In this document: positions 23,525-32,000 of the stretch, in pieces | Layout of the letters: each line of letters starts with the position of its first letter | How positions within the stretch are numbered: position 1 is the stretch's first letter | Assembly: GCF_005696695.1 (NCBI RefSeq) | Contig: NZ_CP040006.1 | Location: 1,410,001 to 1,442,000, forward strand | DNA length: 32,000 bases | Direction: 5' to 3' | Origin: Schaalia odontolytica | GTDB taxonomy: Bacteria; Actinomycetota; Actinomycetes; Actinomycetales; Actinomycetaceae | The notes under the pieces: model-generated | What the model was told of the DNA's origin: nothing | Databases searched by the model: none | What the model saw: the letters and a program-made list of their open reading frames with translations, nothing else | Made by a program: the position numbers and the translations under genes

Positions 23525-23537
23525 GTTTCTCCTTGGG

Positions 23538-24248
23538 TTAGGACCGGTACAGGCCGTATTTGTTGATGTATTGGACGACGCCGTCGGGCACCAGGTACCA
23601 CACCGGCTTGCCCTCTTCGACGCGCGTGCGGCAGTCCGTCGACGAGATCGCCATAGCGGGGACCTCCAGCAGCGACACGGACTCGTGCGGCAGGCCGGGA
23701 TCCGACAGGTTGTGCCCGGGGCGCGTCACGCCGATGAAGTGCGCCTGCTCAAAGAGCTTGTCGGCGTCCTTCCACTGCGCGATCTGTGCCAGCGCGTCGG
23801 CACCCGTGATGAAGTAGAAATCCGAGTCCGGGTATTCGCGCGACAGGTCCGCCAGCGTATCGATCGTGTAGGTCGTCCCACCGCGGTCAATATCCACGCG
23901 AGACACGGCGAAGCGCGGGTTCGACGCCGTTGCAACGACCGTCATCAGGTAGCGGTGCTCCGCCGAGGTCACGCGTCGATCCGCCTTGAAGGGCTGCATG
24001 GCCGCCGGGACGAAGACGACCTGGTCGAGGCCGTAGACGTCCATGACCTCCGAGGCCGCAACGAGGTGGCCGTGGTGGATCGGATCGAAGGTACCGCCCA
24101 TGATGCCGATCGCGCGGCGCCGACGCAGCGCGCGCGGGGGATGCTGGGGCGAGGCCGGGGCCGCGGTCGCCCCCGCCGTGGCCTCGGTGGTCTTTTCGAT
24201 CGCGGCCTCGTCGGAGGACTGCACCGTGTGGTTATCCTGCGCACTCAC
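23538..24248 (-). CDS. nadD: Nicotinate-nucleotide adenylyltransferase
   Basis: [15 protein letters not shown] (HxGH) and ISSTDCR motifs. The GTG start at 24248 overlaps the proA stop (GTGA). A low-complexity N-terminal extension of about 45 aa precedes the Rossmann beta1 strand, so the start is uncertain. Confidence 0.88.
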   Translation of the reverse strand: MSAQDNHTVQSSDEAAIEKTTEATAGATAAPASPQHPPRALRRRRAIGIMGGTFDPIHHGHLVAASEVMDVYGLDQVVFVPAAMQPFKADRRVTSAEHRYLMTVVATASNPRFAVSRVDIDRGGTTYTIDTLADLSREYPDSDFYFITGADALAQIAQWKDADKLFEQAHFIGVTRPGHNLSDPGLPHESVSLLEVPAMAISSTDCRTRVEEGKPVWYLVPDGVVQYINKYGLYRS

Positions 24249-25543
24249 GGGCGGATCGTTCCTTCACCCTCGTAGATCCACGTGGTCGTCGTGAGCTCCG
24301 CGAGGCCCATCGGGCCACGCGCGTGCAACTTCTGCGTCGAGATACCCACCTCGGCGCCCAGACCCAGCTGACCGCCGTCCGTGAAGCGCGTCGAGGCGTT
24401 CACCGCGATAGCCGCGGCATCGATGCCCGATCGGAACGCGCGCACGACGGCCACATCGGATGCCACGATGCCCTCCGTATGCCCCGAGGAATAGCGGCGA
24501 ATATGCTCAATCGCCTCGTCAACGTCGGCGACGACGCGCACAGCCAGATCCATCGAGAGGTACTCGGTCTCCCAGTCGGCCTCGGTTGCATCGACGATCA
24601 TCTCAGCATCGATCGAAGGCTGGCCATCGACAACGGCCCGGGTGGCCTCATCCGCGTGGATCGTCACGCCAGCCGTCGTCAGACGGGTAACGGCAGCGAC
24701 GAGGAAACGCTCGGCAACGTCGGCGTGCACGAGCAGCGTCTCCGCCGCGTTGCACACGCCCACGCGCTGCGTCTTCGCGTTCATGATGATGGCCTCAGCG
24801 GCCTCCAGGTCAGCGGAGGCATCCACGTACACATGGCAGTTACCCGTGCCCGTCTCGATAACCGGAACCCGCGACTCTTCGACGACAGCATTGATAAGCC
24901 CCGCTCCCCCTCGCGGAATCAGCGCATCGATCGCGCCACGCGCACGCATCATCGCTCGGGCGCCCGCGCGGCCCCACGGATCCACCGTGGTGATCGCATC
25001 GGCGGGCAGGCCGACGGAGGTCAGCGCATCGCGGCACACCTCGATGAGAACGCGATTCGAGGACTGTGCGGCGCTTCCACCGCGCAGCACGACCGCGTTG
25101 CCGGCCTTCAGAGCGAGCGAGGCAGCGTCGATCGTCACGTTGGGGCGGGCCTCGTAGATGATGCCGATAACGCCCAGGGGGACGCGCTCCTGCGTCACGC
25201 GCAGGCCAATATCGGTGCGCATTCCACGCACGACCTGACCGATCGGGTCGGGCAAACCCGCGATCTCGCGGACAGCCTCGGCGATTCCACGAATACGATC
25301 GGGGGTCAGAGCGAGGCGATCCAGCAGGCCCTCGCTCATCTGCTCCGCGCGACCGCGGGCGACATCTTCAGCATTAGCGGCCAGAATCTGGTCACTGCGA
25401 TCAATGAGCGCAGCCGCAATCGCCTCGAGACCGCGGTTTTTTACCTGGGTCGTCGCGTTCGCGAGCACTCGCGCCGCAGCGCGAGCAGCATCCGTCACCT
25501 GGGAAATATCTGCAGCAGTATCCACCGGCCCATCATGGCACAC
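24245..25543 (-). CDS. proA: Glutamate-5-semialdehyde dehydrogenase (gamma-glutamyl phosphate reductase)
   Basis: [21 protein letters not shown], and catalytic Cys region [15 protein letters not shown]. The first in-frame start is GTG at 25543, with an alternative GTG at 25525. Lies 19 nt downstream of proB. Confidence 0.92.
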   Translation of the reverse strand: MCHDGPVDTAADISQVTDAARAAARVLANATTQVKNRGLEAIAAALIDRSDQILAANAEDVARGRAEQMSEGLLDRLALTPDRIRGIAEAVREIAGLPDPIGQVVRGMRTDIGLRVTQERVPLGVIGIIYEARPNVTIDAASLALKAGNAVVLRGGSAAQSSNRVLIEVCRDALTSVGLPADAITTVDPWGRAGARAMMRARGAIDALIPRGGAGLINAVVEESRVPVIETGTGNCHVYVDASADLEAAEAIIMNAKTQRVGVCNAAETLLVHADVAERFLVAAVTRLTTAGVTIHADEATRAVVDGQPSIDAEMIVDATEADWETEYLSMDLAVRVVADVDEAIEHIRRYSSGHTEGIVASDVAVVRAFRSGIDAAAIAVNASTRFTDGGQLGLGAEVGISTQKLHARGPMGLAELTTTTWIYEGEGTIRP

Positions 25544-25562
25544 GAGAGCCTGTCAAGCCGCG

Positions 25563-26690
25563 TCAGTCAGCGCTCAGCGCAGAAAATGCGTCGCCCAACA
25601 CCGCCAGATCGTCGCGGTGGATGGCCGGCCTGGGATGCTCATGACCCGCAGCCTGCAGTTCCGCCGTGCCCGATCCTGCGATCTCGGCCAGCGTGTCGGA
25701 GTCGTATCCCGACACACCGCGGGCGACCAGTCCCGTCGGGGAAGCCACGTCGACGACGTCGCCGGCCTCGAAGTGGCCAAGCACGGAACGTACGCCGGCG
25801 ACCAGCAGAGACTTCTTGCCGACCGTGATCGCCTGGGCTGCGCCCTCGTCGACGATGATTTCGCCGCGCGACGGAGCCACGTGGGCGATCCACAGGCGGC
25901 GCGAGGCCGGACGCTCCCGCGACGGCTCGAACCACGTACCGACGTTCTTGCCCGCAAGCACCGACTCCAGAGCATCCGCGGATGCCAGCTGCACGCCGAT
26001 GCCGCTGGTGGTCGCCAGCATGGCGGCCTGCACCTTCGTCGCCATGCCGCCCGTGCCCACGCGAGAGCCAGCGCCGGTCACGAGCACGCTCATGAGGTCG
26101 TCCGCGCTCTCAACGCGCTCGATCAGCTTCGAGCCCGGGTGGTCCGGAGGAGCCGTGTAGAGGCCGTCGACGTCCGTCAGCAGCACGAGGGCATCGGCCT
26201 TGATCATCTGCGCGATGAGCGCGGCGAGGCGATCGTTGTCGCCGAAACGCAGCTCGCGGGTGGTCACCGCATCGTTCTCGTTGAGAATCGGGACGACGCC
26301 GAGGCCGAGGAGACGCGTCAGCGACGCGCGCACGTTCGTGTAGTGGTCGCGGCGCATCACGTCGTCCGTGGTCAGCAGAACCTGGGCGGCATCGAGGTGA
26401 TGCGCCTGGAATGCGGCCGTCCACCGCGCCATCAGAAGCCCCTGGCCCATCGCGGCAGCGGCCTGCACGCTCGGCAGGTCCTTCGGTTTCGAGGTGAAGC
26501 CGAGCGGATCAAGGCCCGCCGCGACCGCACCCGACGACACGATGACGACCTCTCGGTCCGCCCCGCGCCAGCGCGCCACGAGGCGCGCGACCGAGTCGAT
26601 ACGGTTCAGGTCCAGGCCGCCGTCCTCGCGCGTGAGCGACGACGAGCCGATCTTGACGACGATGCGAGAAGCCGCGGACACTCCACTCAT
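25563..26690 (-). CDS. proB: Glutamate 5-kinase
   Basis: Start [20 protein letters not shown] at 26690, overlapping the obg stop (ATGA at 26687-26690). Amino-acid-kinase fold motifs are present, and a C-terminal PUA-like segment [13 protein letters not shown]...GDVVDV. Confidence 0.93.
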   Translation of the reverse strand: MSGVSAASRIVVKIGSSSLTREDGGLDLNRIDSVARLVARWRGADREVVIVSSGAVAAGLDPLGFTSKPKDLPSVQAAAAMGQGLLMARWTAAFQAHHLDAAQVLLTTDDVMRRDHYTNVRASLTRLLGLGVVPILNENDAVTTRELRFGDNDRLAALIAQMIKADALVLLTDVDGLYTAPPDHPGSKLIERVESADDLMSVLVTGAGSRVGTGGMATKVQAAMLATTSGIGVQLASADALESVLAGKNVGTWFEPSRERPASRRLWIAHVAPSRGEIIVDEGAAQAITVGKKSLLVAGVRSVLGHFEAGDVVDVASPTGLVARGVSGYDSDTLAEIAGSGTAELQAAGHEHPRPAIHRDDLAVLGDAFSALSAD

Positions 26691-28210
26691 GACTGATCCG
26701 ACGCGTCGGTCCAGTGTCCGGCCTGGCGCTCCGTCCACAGCTCGTCACGGGCAGCGGTCTTGGCATCCATGACCTGGTGGTACACCTCGCGGCGCTCCTT
26801 GCGGCTTGGACGCGCGTTCTGGTCCAGGCGCAGGTCGGTGCCGCGCGAGCCCAGCAGCTCCGGTCCGGTCGTCAGGGTCGGCTCCCAGTCGAAGACGACG
26901 CCTCCATCCAGGTCGCCGATCACGACGGTGTCGCCAGCAACCGCGCCGGCCTTCATCAGTTCGTCCTCAACGCCCGCTGCGTTCAGGCGATCCGCAAGGT
27001 AGCCCACGGCCTCGTCGTTGGCGAAGTCGGTCTGACGCACCCAGCGCTCCGGCTTGTCGCCGCGCACCTGGAAGACTTCCTCGCCATCCTTACGGGTCTT
27101 GCGCACGGTGATCTCCACGCTGCGCCCGACAGCCTTAGGACGGATGACGGGACGAGCAGCCTCGAGGGCGGGACGCTTCGCGCGCTCCGCCTCGACGATA
27201 CCGGCTAGAGCAAAGGACAGCTCCTTCAGGCCCTCGTGGGACACGGCAGACACCTCAAGGACGGGCCAGCCGAAAGACTCCAGGTCCGGGCGCGTAATCT
27301 CGGCGAGATCACGCCCATCCGGGATGTCGATCTTGTTCAAAACGATGACGCGGGGGCGCTCCATGATCGGCACGTAGCCCTCGACCTGCGTCAGGTCACC
27401 CTGGTAAGCCTCCAGCTCTGCCTCGATGATGCGCAGGTCCTCAACCGGCTCGCGATCAGTCTCGAAGGCGGCCGTGTCGAGCACGTGCACGATGACGGCG
27501 CAACGCTCGATGTGGCGCAGAAAGTCAAGGCCGAGGCCTCGTCCCTGAGAGGCACCGGGGATCAGGCCGGGAACGTCGGCGACCGTGTAGCGCGTGTCGC
27601 CGGCCGACACGACGCCCAGGTTCGGGACCAGCGTCGTAAAGGGGTAATCGGCGATCTTCGGGCGCGCCGAGCTCAGGGCCGCAATCAGCGAGGACTTACC
27701 CGCCGACGGGAAGCCAACGAGAGCCACATCCGCGACGGACTTCAGCTCAAGGATGACGTCGCGCTCCTCGCCGGGCTCGCCCAGCAGGGCAAAGCCAGGG
27801 GCCTTACGAGCCTTCGACGCCAGCGCCGCGTTGCCCAGGCCGCCGCGGCCGCCCTCGGCGACCACGTATCGGGCGCCCGCACCCGTCAGGTCAGAGAGCA
27901 GCTCACCCGACATCGACTTGACGACCGTGCCCTCGGGAACCGGCAGGATGATGTCCGCGCCGGTCTTACCCTGACGGAAGTCACCCATGCCGGGCGTGCC
28001 GTTATCCGCACGACGATGCGGGCTACGGTGGTAGTTCAGCAGCGTGGTCTCCTGCTCGCTCACCTCCAGGATGACCGAGCCGCCATTGCCACCGTCTCCG
28101 CCATCAGGGCCGGCCAGCGGCTTGAACTTTTCACGCTTAATCGAGGCAACGCCGTTACCGCCGTTGCCACCCATCGCATGCAGAGTCACGCGATCCACGA
28201 AGTCTGCCAC
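26687..28210 (-). CDS. obg: GTPase Obg/CgtA
   Basis: GTG start at 28210 ([15 protein letters not shown]...) with AGGAG 6 nt upstream. Glycine-rich Obg fold: [16 protein letters not shown]...[11 protein letters not shown] motifs: [23 protein letters not shown]-terminal extension follows. The ORF-track start at 28258 was rejected. Confidence 0.95.
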   Translation of the reverse strand: MADFVDRVTLHAMGGNGGNGVASIKREKFKPLAGPDGGDGGNGGSVILEVSEQETTLLNYHRSPHRRADNGTPGMGDFRQGKTGADIILPVPEGTVVKSMSGELLSDLTGAGARYVVAEGGRGGLGNAALASKARKAPGFALLGEPGEERDVILELKSVADVALVGFPSAGKSSLIAALSSARPKIADYPFTTLVPNLGVVSAGDTRYTVADVPGLIPGASQGRGLGLDFLRHIERCAVIVHVLDTAAFETDREPVEDLRIIEAELEAYQGDLTQVEGYVPIMERPRVIVLNKIDIPDGRDLAEITRPDLESFGWPVLEVSAVSHEGLKELSFALAGIVEAERAKRPALEAARPVIRPKAVGRSVEITVRKTRKDGEEVFQVRGDKPERWVRQTDFANDEAVGYLADRLNAAGVEDELMKAGAVAGDTVVIGDLDGGVVFDWEPTLTTGPELLGSRGTDLRLDQNARPSRKERREVYHQVMDAKTAARDELWTERQAGHWTDASDQS

Positions 28211-28242
28211 TGTTGCTCCTGACGACTGAAAATGAATGTTGA

Positions 28243-28273
28243 AAAGGGCGCCCGGCAACGCCGGACGCCCTTT
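28243..28273 (-). terminator. Intrinsic terminator/attenuator between rpmA and obg
   Basis: On the minus-strand RNA: AAAGGGCGUCCGGC-GUU-GCCGGGCGCCCUUU, a 14-bp stem with one G-U pair, followed by UCAACAUUCAUUUUC. It begins 13 nt after the rpmA stop and ends 33 nt before the obg GTG. Confidence 0.65.
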
Positions 28274-28285
28274 ATGCGCGCGGTC

Positions 28286-28543
28286 TCAGGCAGAGACCGG
28301 CGAAACGCTGACGACCTTGCGATCGCGCTTGCGGCCGAACTCGACCGCACCGGCGCGCAGGGCGAACAGGGTGTCATCCTTGCCACGGCCAACGCCGTCG
28401 CCAGGGTGGAAGTGGGTGCCGCGCTGACGAACGAGGATCTCACCAGCGTTGACCAGCTGGCCGCCGTAGCGCTTCACGCCGAGGCGCTGCGCGTTCGAGT
28501 CGCGACCGTTACGGGAGGAACCAAGGCCCTTCTTATGTGCCAT
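28286..28543 (-). CDS. rpmA: 50S ribosomal protein L27
   Basis: [29 protein letters not shown]...RQRGT.FHPG is unmistakably L27. There is no N-terminal propeptide of the Firmicute type. Confidence 0.97.
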   Translation of the reverse strand: MAHKKGLGSSRNGRDSNAQRLGVKRYGGQLVNAGEILVRQRGTHFHPGDGVGRGKDDTLFALRAGAVEFGRKRDRKVVSVSPVSA

Positions 28544-28577
28544 CAGTTGCTACTTTCTGCTCGTGGGAACGTCGGGT

Positions 28578-28898
28578 TCAGGCGATCTCGGTGATCTTGA
28601 CGACCGACATCTTCTGACGGTGTCCCTGGCGCTTGCGGTAGCCCGACTTGTTCTTGTACTTAATGATGGAAATCTTGGGGCCCTTGGCCGAGTCAACAAC
28701 CTCAGCCTTGACGGAAACCTTGCCCAGCTTGGCTGCGTCAACGGTGATGGCGTCGCCATCCACCAGCATCAGCGGCTGGAGCTCGATGCTCGAACCGATT
28801 TCTTCTGCCAGCTTGTCGACGACGACGACGTCACCGACGGACACCTTTTCCTGCCGGCCGCCAGCCTTGACGATCGCGTAGACCACGTTGGAGCTCAT
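28578..28898 (-). CDS. rplU: 50S ribosomal protein L21
   Basis: Start MSSNVVYAIVKAGGRQEKVSVGD at 28898, with ...IKYKNKSGYRKRQGHRQ typical of L21. The ORF-track extension to 28994 was rejected. Confidence 0.95.
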   Translation of the reverse strand: MSSNVVYAIVKAGGRQEKVSVGDVVVVDKLAEEIGSSIELQPLMLVDGDAITVDAAKLGKVSVKAEVVDSAKGPKISIIKYKNKSGYRKRQGHRQKMSVVKITEIA

Positions 28899-28918
28899 CT
28901 CTTCTCGTATTCGTAACC

Positions 28919-28985
28919 GGAATCGCGCCTCGAAACTGCCGAGGACTTGTCTCATTGTCATGATTCCGTTGGCGCTTGTTGCGCC
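28919..28985 (-). promoter_or_regulatory. Structured 5-prime leader upstream of rplU (nested hairpins)
   Basis: GGAATC (28919-28924) pairs with GATTCC (28962-28967), enclosing CCTCG/CGAGG (28928-28932 with 28940-28944). A further GGCGC-TTGTT-GCGCC hairpin lies at 28971-28985. All of this lies between a candidate promoter and the rplU RBS. Confidence 0.3.
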
Positions 28986-28993
28986 GACGATCA

Positions 28994-29023
28994 AATTTAG
29001 CCGATTCGCACGCCGGATTGCAA
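28994..29023 (-). promoter_or_regulatory. Candidate rplU-rpmA promoter (TTGCAA-18-TAAATT on minus strand)
   Basis: -35 TTGCAA at 29018-29023 and -10 TAAATT (+ strand AATTTA, 28994-28999). This would give a leader of about 90 nt. Pattern match only. Confidence 0.3.
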
Positions 29024-29078
29024 GCCGGCACGGTCACGGGCGGGTGTGAAGTGCTGTGCGATTCCACACCCTACGCTC

Positions 29079-29104
29079 GGGGGAGGGACGATCACCCCTC
29101 CCCC
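29079..29104 (-). terminator. GC-rich hairpin after the rne stop (possible U-tract-less terminator)
   Basis: 9-bp perfect stem, GGGGGAGGG (29079-29087) pairing with CCCTCCCCC (29096-29104), with an 8-nt loop. It begins 13 nt after the rne TAA. There is no U tract. Confidence 0.4.
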
Positions 29105-29117
29105 GGCGCCTGGAGCA

Positions 29118-31931
29118 TTAACCGGCGTCGACGATGCCGGTCGATGCGGCGCGACGACGGCGCTTGACGCGCGGCTGATCGCTCGCCTCGGGAAGCGCAA
29201 TGTCATCGGTCGACTTGGTCGGCACCGCCGGGGTGCTCACCTCGGCGCGCGCGGGCAGGTCGATGACGACAGGAGCAGGGGCCGCGTCGGGCTCGACGAT
29301 GCCGGTCGAGACGGCGGCGCGACGCTTGCGAGTCTTGCGCGGCGCGGCGGGTGCCTGGGCGGGAGCCTCCTCCAGGGCCGGCGCGCTCACCGGCGCGGTG
29401 GCCGGAGCCTCGTCCGTCTGCACCTCGGGGACAGCCGTCTGCGCGGTGGCGCGGCGACGGGTCTTCTTCGGTGCGGGAGCCTCGGCCGGTTCTTCGGACG
29501 AGGCCGTGGCAGCCTTGCGGGATGCGCGGCGACGCGTGGCCGGAGCCTTCTCGCGATGCTCGGGCAACTGAATCTCGGAAGCATCCTTGGCGGGGGCCGC
29601 AGGCTCGTCCGAGTGATCGACCGGCTCGGGAAGGTCGATGTGCACGGGCAGTTCGGGCAGCGGAGCGGACTCGGCGACGCGGCGGCGACGACGAGGGCGC
29701 TTGGTCGCGCTTTCCTCGGCCTTCTCGGCGGCGGGCTTGGATGCGGATTCCTCAGCGGGGGCCTCGGGCGCTGCAACCTGCTCGACGGAAGTAGCCTCGG
29801 GTTCCTTGGCCTCGGTCGAAGCGGCGCGCGTGCGGCGCTTCTTGGTGGGAGCGGCCTCCTCAGCCGTGCTCTCCTCTTCCTTACGGGTCGAAGCGGCGGC
29901 GATCGCGCTCAGGGCCTCCTTGGCGCGCTCGTGATCGGCGTTGTCCTCGATACGGCGAGGCTCAGCCTTCTTCTGCTGCTTCTTCGAACCCTTCGAGCCC
30001 TTCGAAGACTGTTCGGCTCCGGAGGTCTCCACCGGGTGCTGGTGAACGATGAAGCCGCGGCCCTCGCAGGCCTCACACGGGGAGGAGAATGCCTCGACGA
30101 GGCCCTCACCCACGCGCTTGCGGGTCATCTGGACGAGGCCCAGGGACGTAATCTCGGTGACCTGGTGGCGCGTACGGTCGCGTCCCAGGCACTCCACCAG
30201 GCGACGCAGCACGAGGTCACGGTTGGATTCGAGGACCATGTCCACGAAATCGATGATGACGATGCCACCGATGTCGCGCAGGCGCAGCTGGCGCACGATC
30301 TCTTCGGCAGCTTCGAGGTTGTTACGGGTCACCGTCTCCTCGAGCGTGCCGCCGGCGCCGATGAACTTGCCGGTGTTGACGTCGATGACGGTCATCGCCT
30401 CGGTGCGGTCGATGATCAGGGTGCCGCCCGAGGGCAGCCACACCTTGCGGTCCATGCCCTTGGCGAGCTGCTCGTCGATGCGGTGCGCGCGGAAGACGTC
30501 CTCCGTGCCCACCCACTGCTCGACGCGATCGGAGAGCTCGGGGCTGAGCTCGTCGACGTATTCCTTGACGGTCGCGTAGGTGTCGCGCCCCTCGATCACG
30601 AGCTTCGAGAAGTCCTCATTGAAGATGTCGCGCACGACGCGCACGGCCAGCTCAGGCTCCCCGCGCAGCAGCGTCGGGGCGCTCTTCGTGTTGGTGCGCT
30701 TCTTCTCGATGTCCTCCCACTGACGGGTCAGGCGAGCGACGTCGTCGCGGATCTGCTCCTCCGTCGCGCCTTCCGCGGCGGTGCGCACGATGACGCCAGA
30801 GCCCGACGGCACGACAGCCTTGAGGATCTTCTTCAGGCGAGCGCGCTCCTTGTCCGGAAGCTTGCGGGAGATGCCCATCATGGATCCACCGGGGATGAGG
30901 ACCAGGTAGCGGCCGGCCAGCGTGATCTGAGAGGTCAGGCGGGCGCCCTTGTGGCCGATCGGGTCCTTCGTCACCTGAACGAGGACCGGATCGCCAGACT
31001 TCAGCGCCGCCTCGATACGACGGGGCTTGCCCTCCATGCCGACGGCGTCCCAATTGACCTCGCCGGCGTACAGGACGGCGTTGCGTCCGCGGCCCACGTC
31101 GACGAATGCCGCTTCCATCGAGGGAAGCACGTTCTGGACGCGGCCCAGGTAGATGTTGCCAACCATCGAGGACTGCGTGCGACGCGCGACGTAGTGCTCG
31201 ACAAGCAGGCCGTCTTCGAGGATCGCGATCTGGTCGAGGCCGTCCTGGTCACGGATGACCATCGTGCGCTCGACGGACTCACGGCGCGCGAGGAACTCGG
31301 ACTCGGAGATGGAGTGGCGACGGCGGCCTTCGCGGCGGCCTTCGCGGCGGCGCATCTTCTTCGCCTCCAGGCGCGTGGATCCCTTCAGGGCCTGGACCTG
31401 GTCCGCGGGATCACCGCCTTCCTCGGAGGAAGCGGAGCTGCGCGCGCGACGGCGACGACGGCGACGACCGGAGGTTTCCTCCTCGTCCGAGGAGTCGGAG
31501 TCCTGCGCGGGCGCGTCGGCCTTGTCGGCGTCTTCCTGGGCGGGGGCCGAGGCCTCGTCCGTCTTCTTGGAGCGACGGCGACGGCGGGTCTTCGGTTCGG
31601 CGGGCGCCTCCTCAGACTCGGAGGCGGGAGCCTCGGGGGCTTCCGCAGTCTCGGCCTCGTCAGCGGCCTTCTTGGAGCGACGGCGACGCTTCGGGGCAGC
31701 CTCTTCGCGAGGAGCAGACTCCTCATCGGTGGCAGCGGACTTACGGCGACGCTTAGGCTCGGGTTCCTCGACAATCGCGGGAGGAGCGACCTCGGGGGCA
31801 GCCTGGAACACGGGCGCCTGGAACAGCAACGACGCGGCGGGTGCCACGGGCGTGGTGGATTCGGTTGTCACGATTCTCCAATGGCGGGTGCGCGCCCCGT
31901 GCCTGGACGCACCCTTTTTCATCGCCCGCAT
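29118..31931 (-). CDS. rne: Ribonuclease E (RNase E/G family) with Arg-rich/acidic N- and C-terminal extensions
   Basis: S1 domain GNIYLGRVQNVLPSMEAAFVDVG. Catalytic core: VIDVNTGKF, IGGIVIIDFVDM. Zn-link CEACEGRGF. The start is uncertain: ATG at 31931 or 31922, or GTG at 31871 preceded by GGAGA. The LLFQAP motif near the N terminus is common in actinobacterial RNase E. Confidence 0.93.
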   Translation of the reverse strand: MRAMKKGASRHGARTRHWRIVTTESTTPVAPAASLLFQAPVFQAAPEVAPPAIVEEPEPKRRRKSAATDEESAPREEAAPKRRRRSKKAADEAETAEAPEAPASESEEAPAEPKTRRRRRSKKTDEASAPAQEDADKADAPAQDSDSSDEEETSGRRRRRRRARSSASSEEGGDPADQVQALKGSTRLEAKKMRRREGRREGRRRHSISESEFLARRESVERTMVIRDQDGLDQIAILEDGLLVEHYVARRTQSSMVGNIYLGRVQNVLPSMEAAFVDVGRGRNAVLYAGEVNWDAVGMEGKPRRIEAALKSGDPVLVQVTKDPIGHKGARLTSQITLAGRYLVLIPGGSMMGISRKLPDKERARLKKILKAVVPSGSGVIVRTAAEGATEEQIRDDVARLTRQWEDIEKKRTNTKSAPTLLRGEPELAVRVVRDIFNEDFSKLVIEGRDTYATVKEYVDELSPELSDRVEQWVGTEDVFRAHRIDEQLAKGMDRKVWLPSGGTLIIDRTEAMTVIDVNTGKFIGAGGTLEETVTRNNLEAAEEIVRQLRLRDIGGIVIIDFVDMVLESNRDLVLRRLVECLGRDRTRHQVTEITSLGLVQMTRKRVGEGLVEAFSSPCEACEGRGFIVHQHPVETSGAEQSSKGSKGSKKQQKKAEPRRIEDNADHERAKEALSAIAAASTRKEEESTAEEAAPTKKRRTRAASTEAKEPEATSVEQVAAPEAPAEESASKPAAEKAEESATKRPRRRRRVAESAPLPELPVHIDLPEPVDHSDEPAAPAKDASEIQLPEHREKAPATRRRASRKAATASSEEPAEAPAPKKTRRRATAQTAVPEVQTDEAPATAPVSAPALEEAPAQAPAAPRKTRKRRAAVSTGIVEPDAAPAPVVIDLPARAEVSTPAVPTKSTDDIALPEASDQPRVKRRRRAASTGIVDAG

Positions 31932-32000
31932 GGGGCGGAAACCTAGTGGAGCGCTGATGCGCAGCGGCCGGCGGCATATGAATACGTCATCGCTCGGCTC

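Noticed and set aside
24323-28222. Long + strand ORFs (24323-25828, 25404-26696, 27236-28222) opposite proA, proB and obg
   Set aside because: Antisense artefacts of the same kind. The minus-strand genes are strongly supported by conserved motifs and coupled start/stop overlaps.
29046-31946. 966-aa ORF on the + strand spanning the whole rne locus
   Set aside because: It is exactly antisense to a gene with unmistakable RNase E motifs. The product is a G/R/A/L/D-rich low-complexity string with no recognisable domain. Long stop-free antisense frames are expected in high-GC genomes with strong GC3 bias.

Overview
High-GC actinobacterial chromosome segment (roughly two-thirds G+C by eye, not computed). 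Gene order and surface-protein types are reminiscent of Actinomyces/Schaalia-like Actinomycetales, but that is inference only. I can support 25 protein-coding genes and 1 tRNA. All calls rest on motif recognition and gene context, with no database search, and several start codons are uncertain. Left end (2-6423, + strand): a compact sulfatase locus made of a sugar-porter MFS transporter, a Cys-type sulfatase with no signal peptide, a ROK regulator, an anaerobic sulfatase-maturating radical-SAM/SPASM enzyme (anSME) and a TauE/SafE (TSUP) permease. The last three genes are chained by 4-nt start/stop overlaps. Middle: two divergently transcribed orphan envelope genes (a single-pass membrane protein with GPGSQQ-type repeats, and a lipoprotein), an SDR oxidoreductase, glpABC (minus strand), pepO and pepN, two repeat-rich surface proteins (a cell-wall-binding-repeat protein with an Excalibur domain, and a CAP/SCP-domain protein with an LAxTG sortase signal), and tRNA-Ala(GGC). 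Right end (22368-31931, minus strand): the conserved actinobacterial block rne-rplU-rpmA-obg-proB-proA-nadD-rsfS-histidine phosphatase. Strong GC-rich hairpins sit at most convergent or operon ends. I saw no CRISPR array, transposase, integrase, toxin-antitoxin pair or recognisable defence genes. Most of the window is ordinary core genome. The best candidate for an uncharacterised system is the sulfatase cassette, which predicts import followed by cytoplasmic desulfation. The two surface proteins and the Q/G/P-repeat membrane protein come second. The many long ORFs antisense to real genes are treated as high-GC artefacts.
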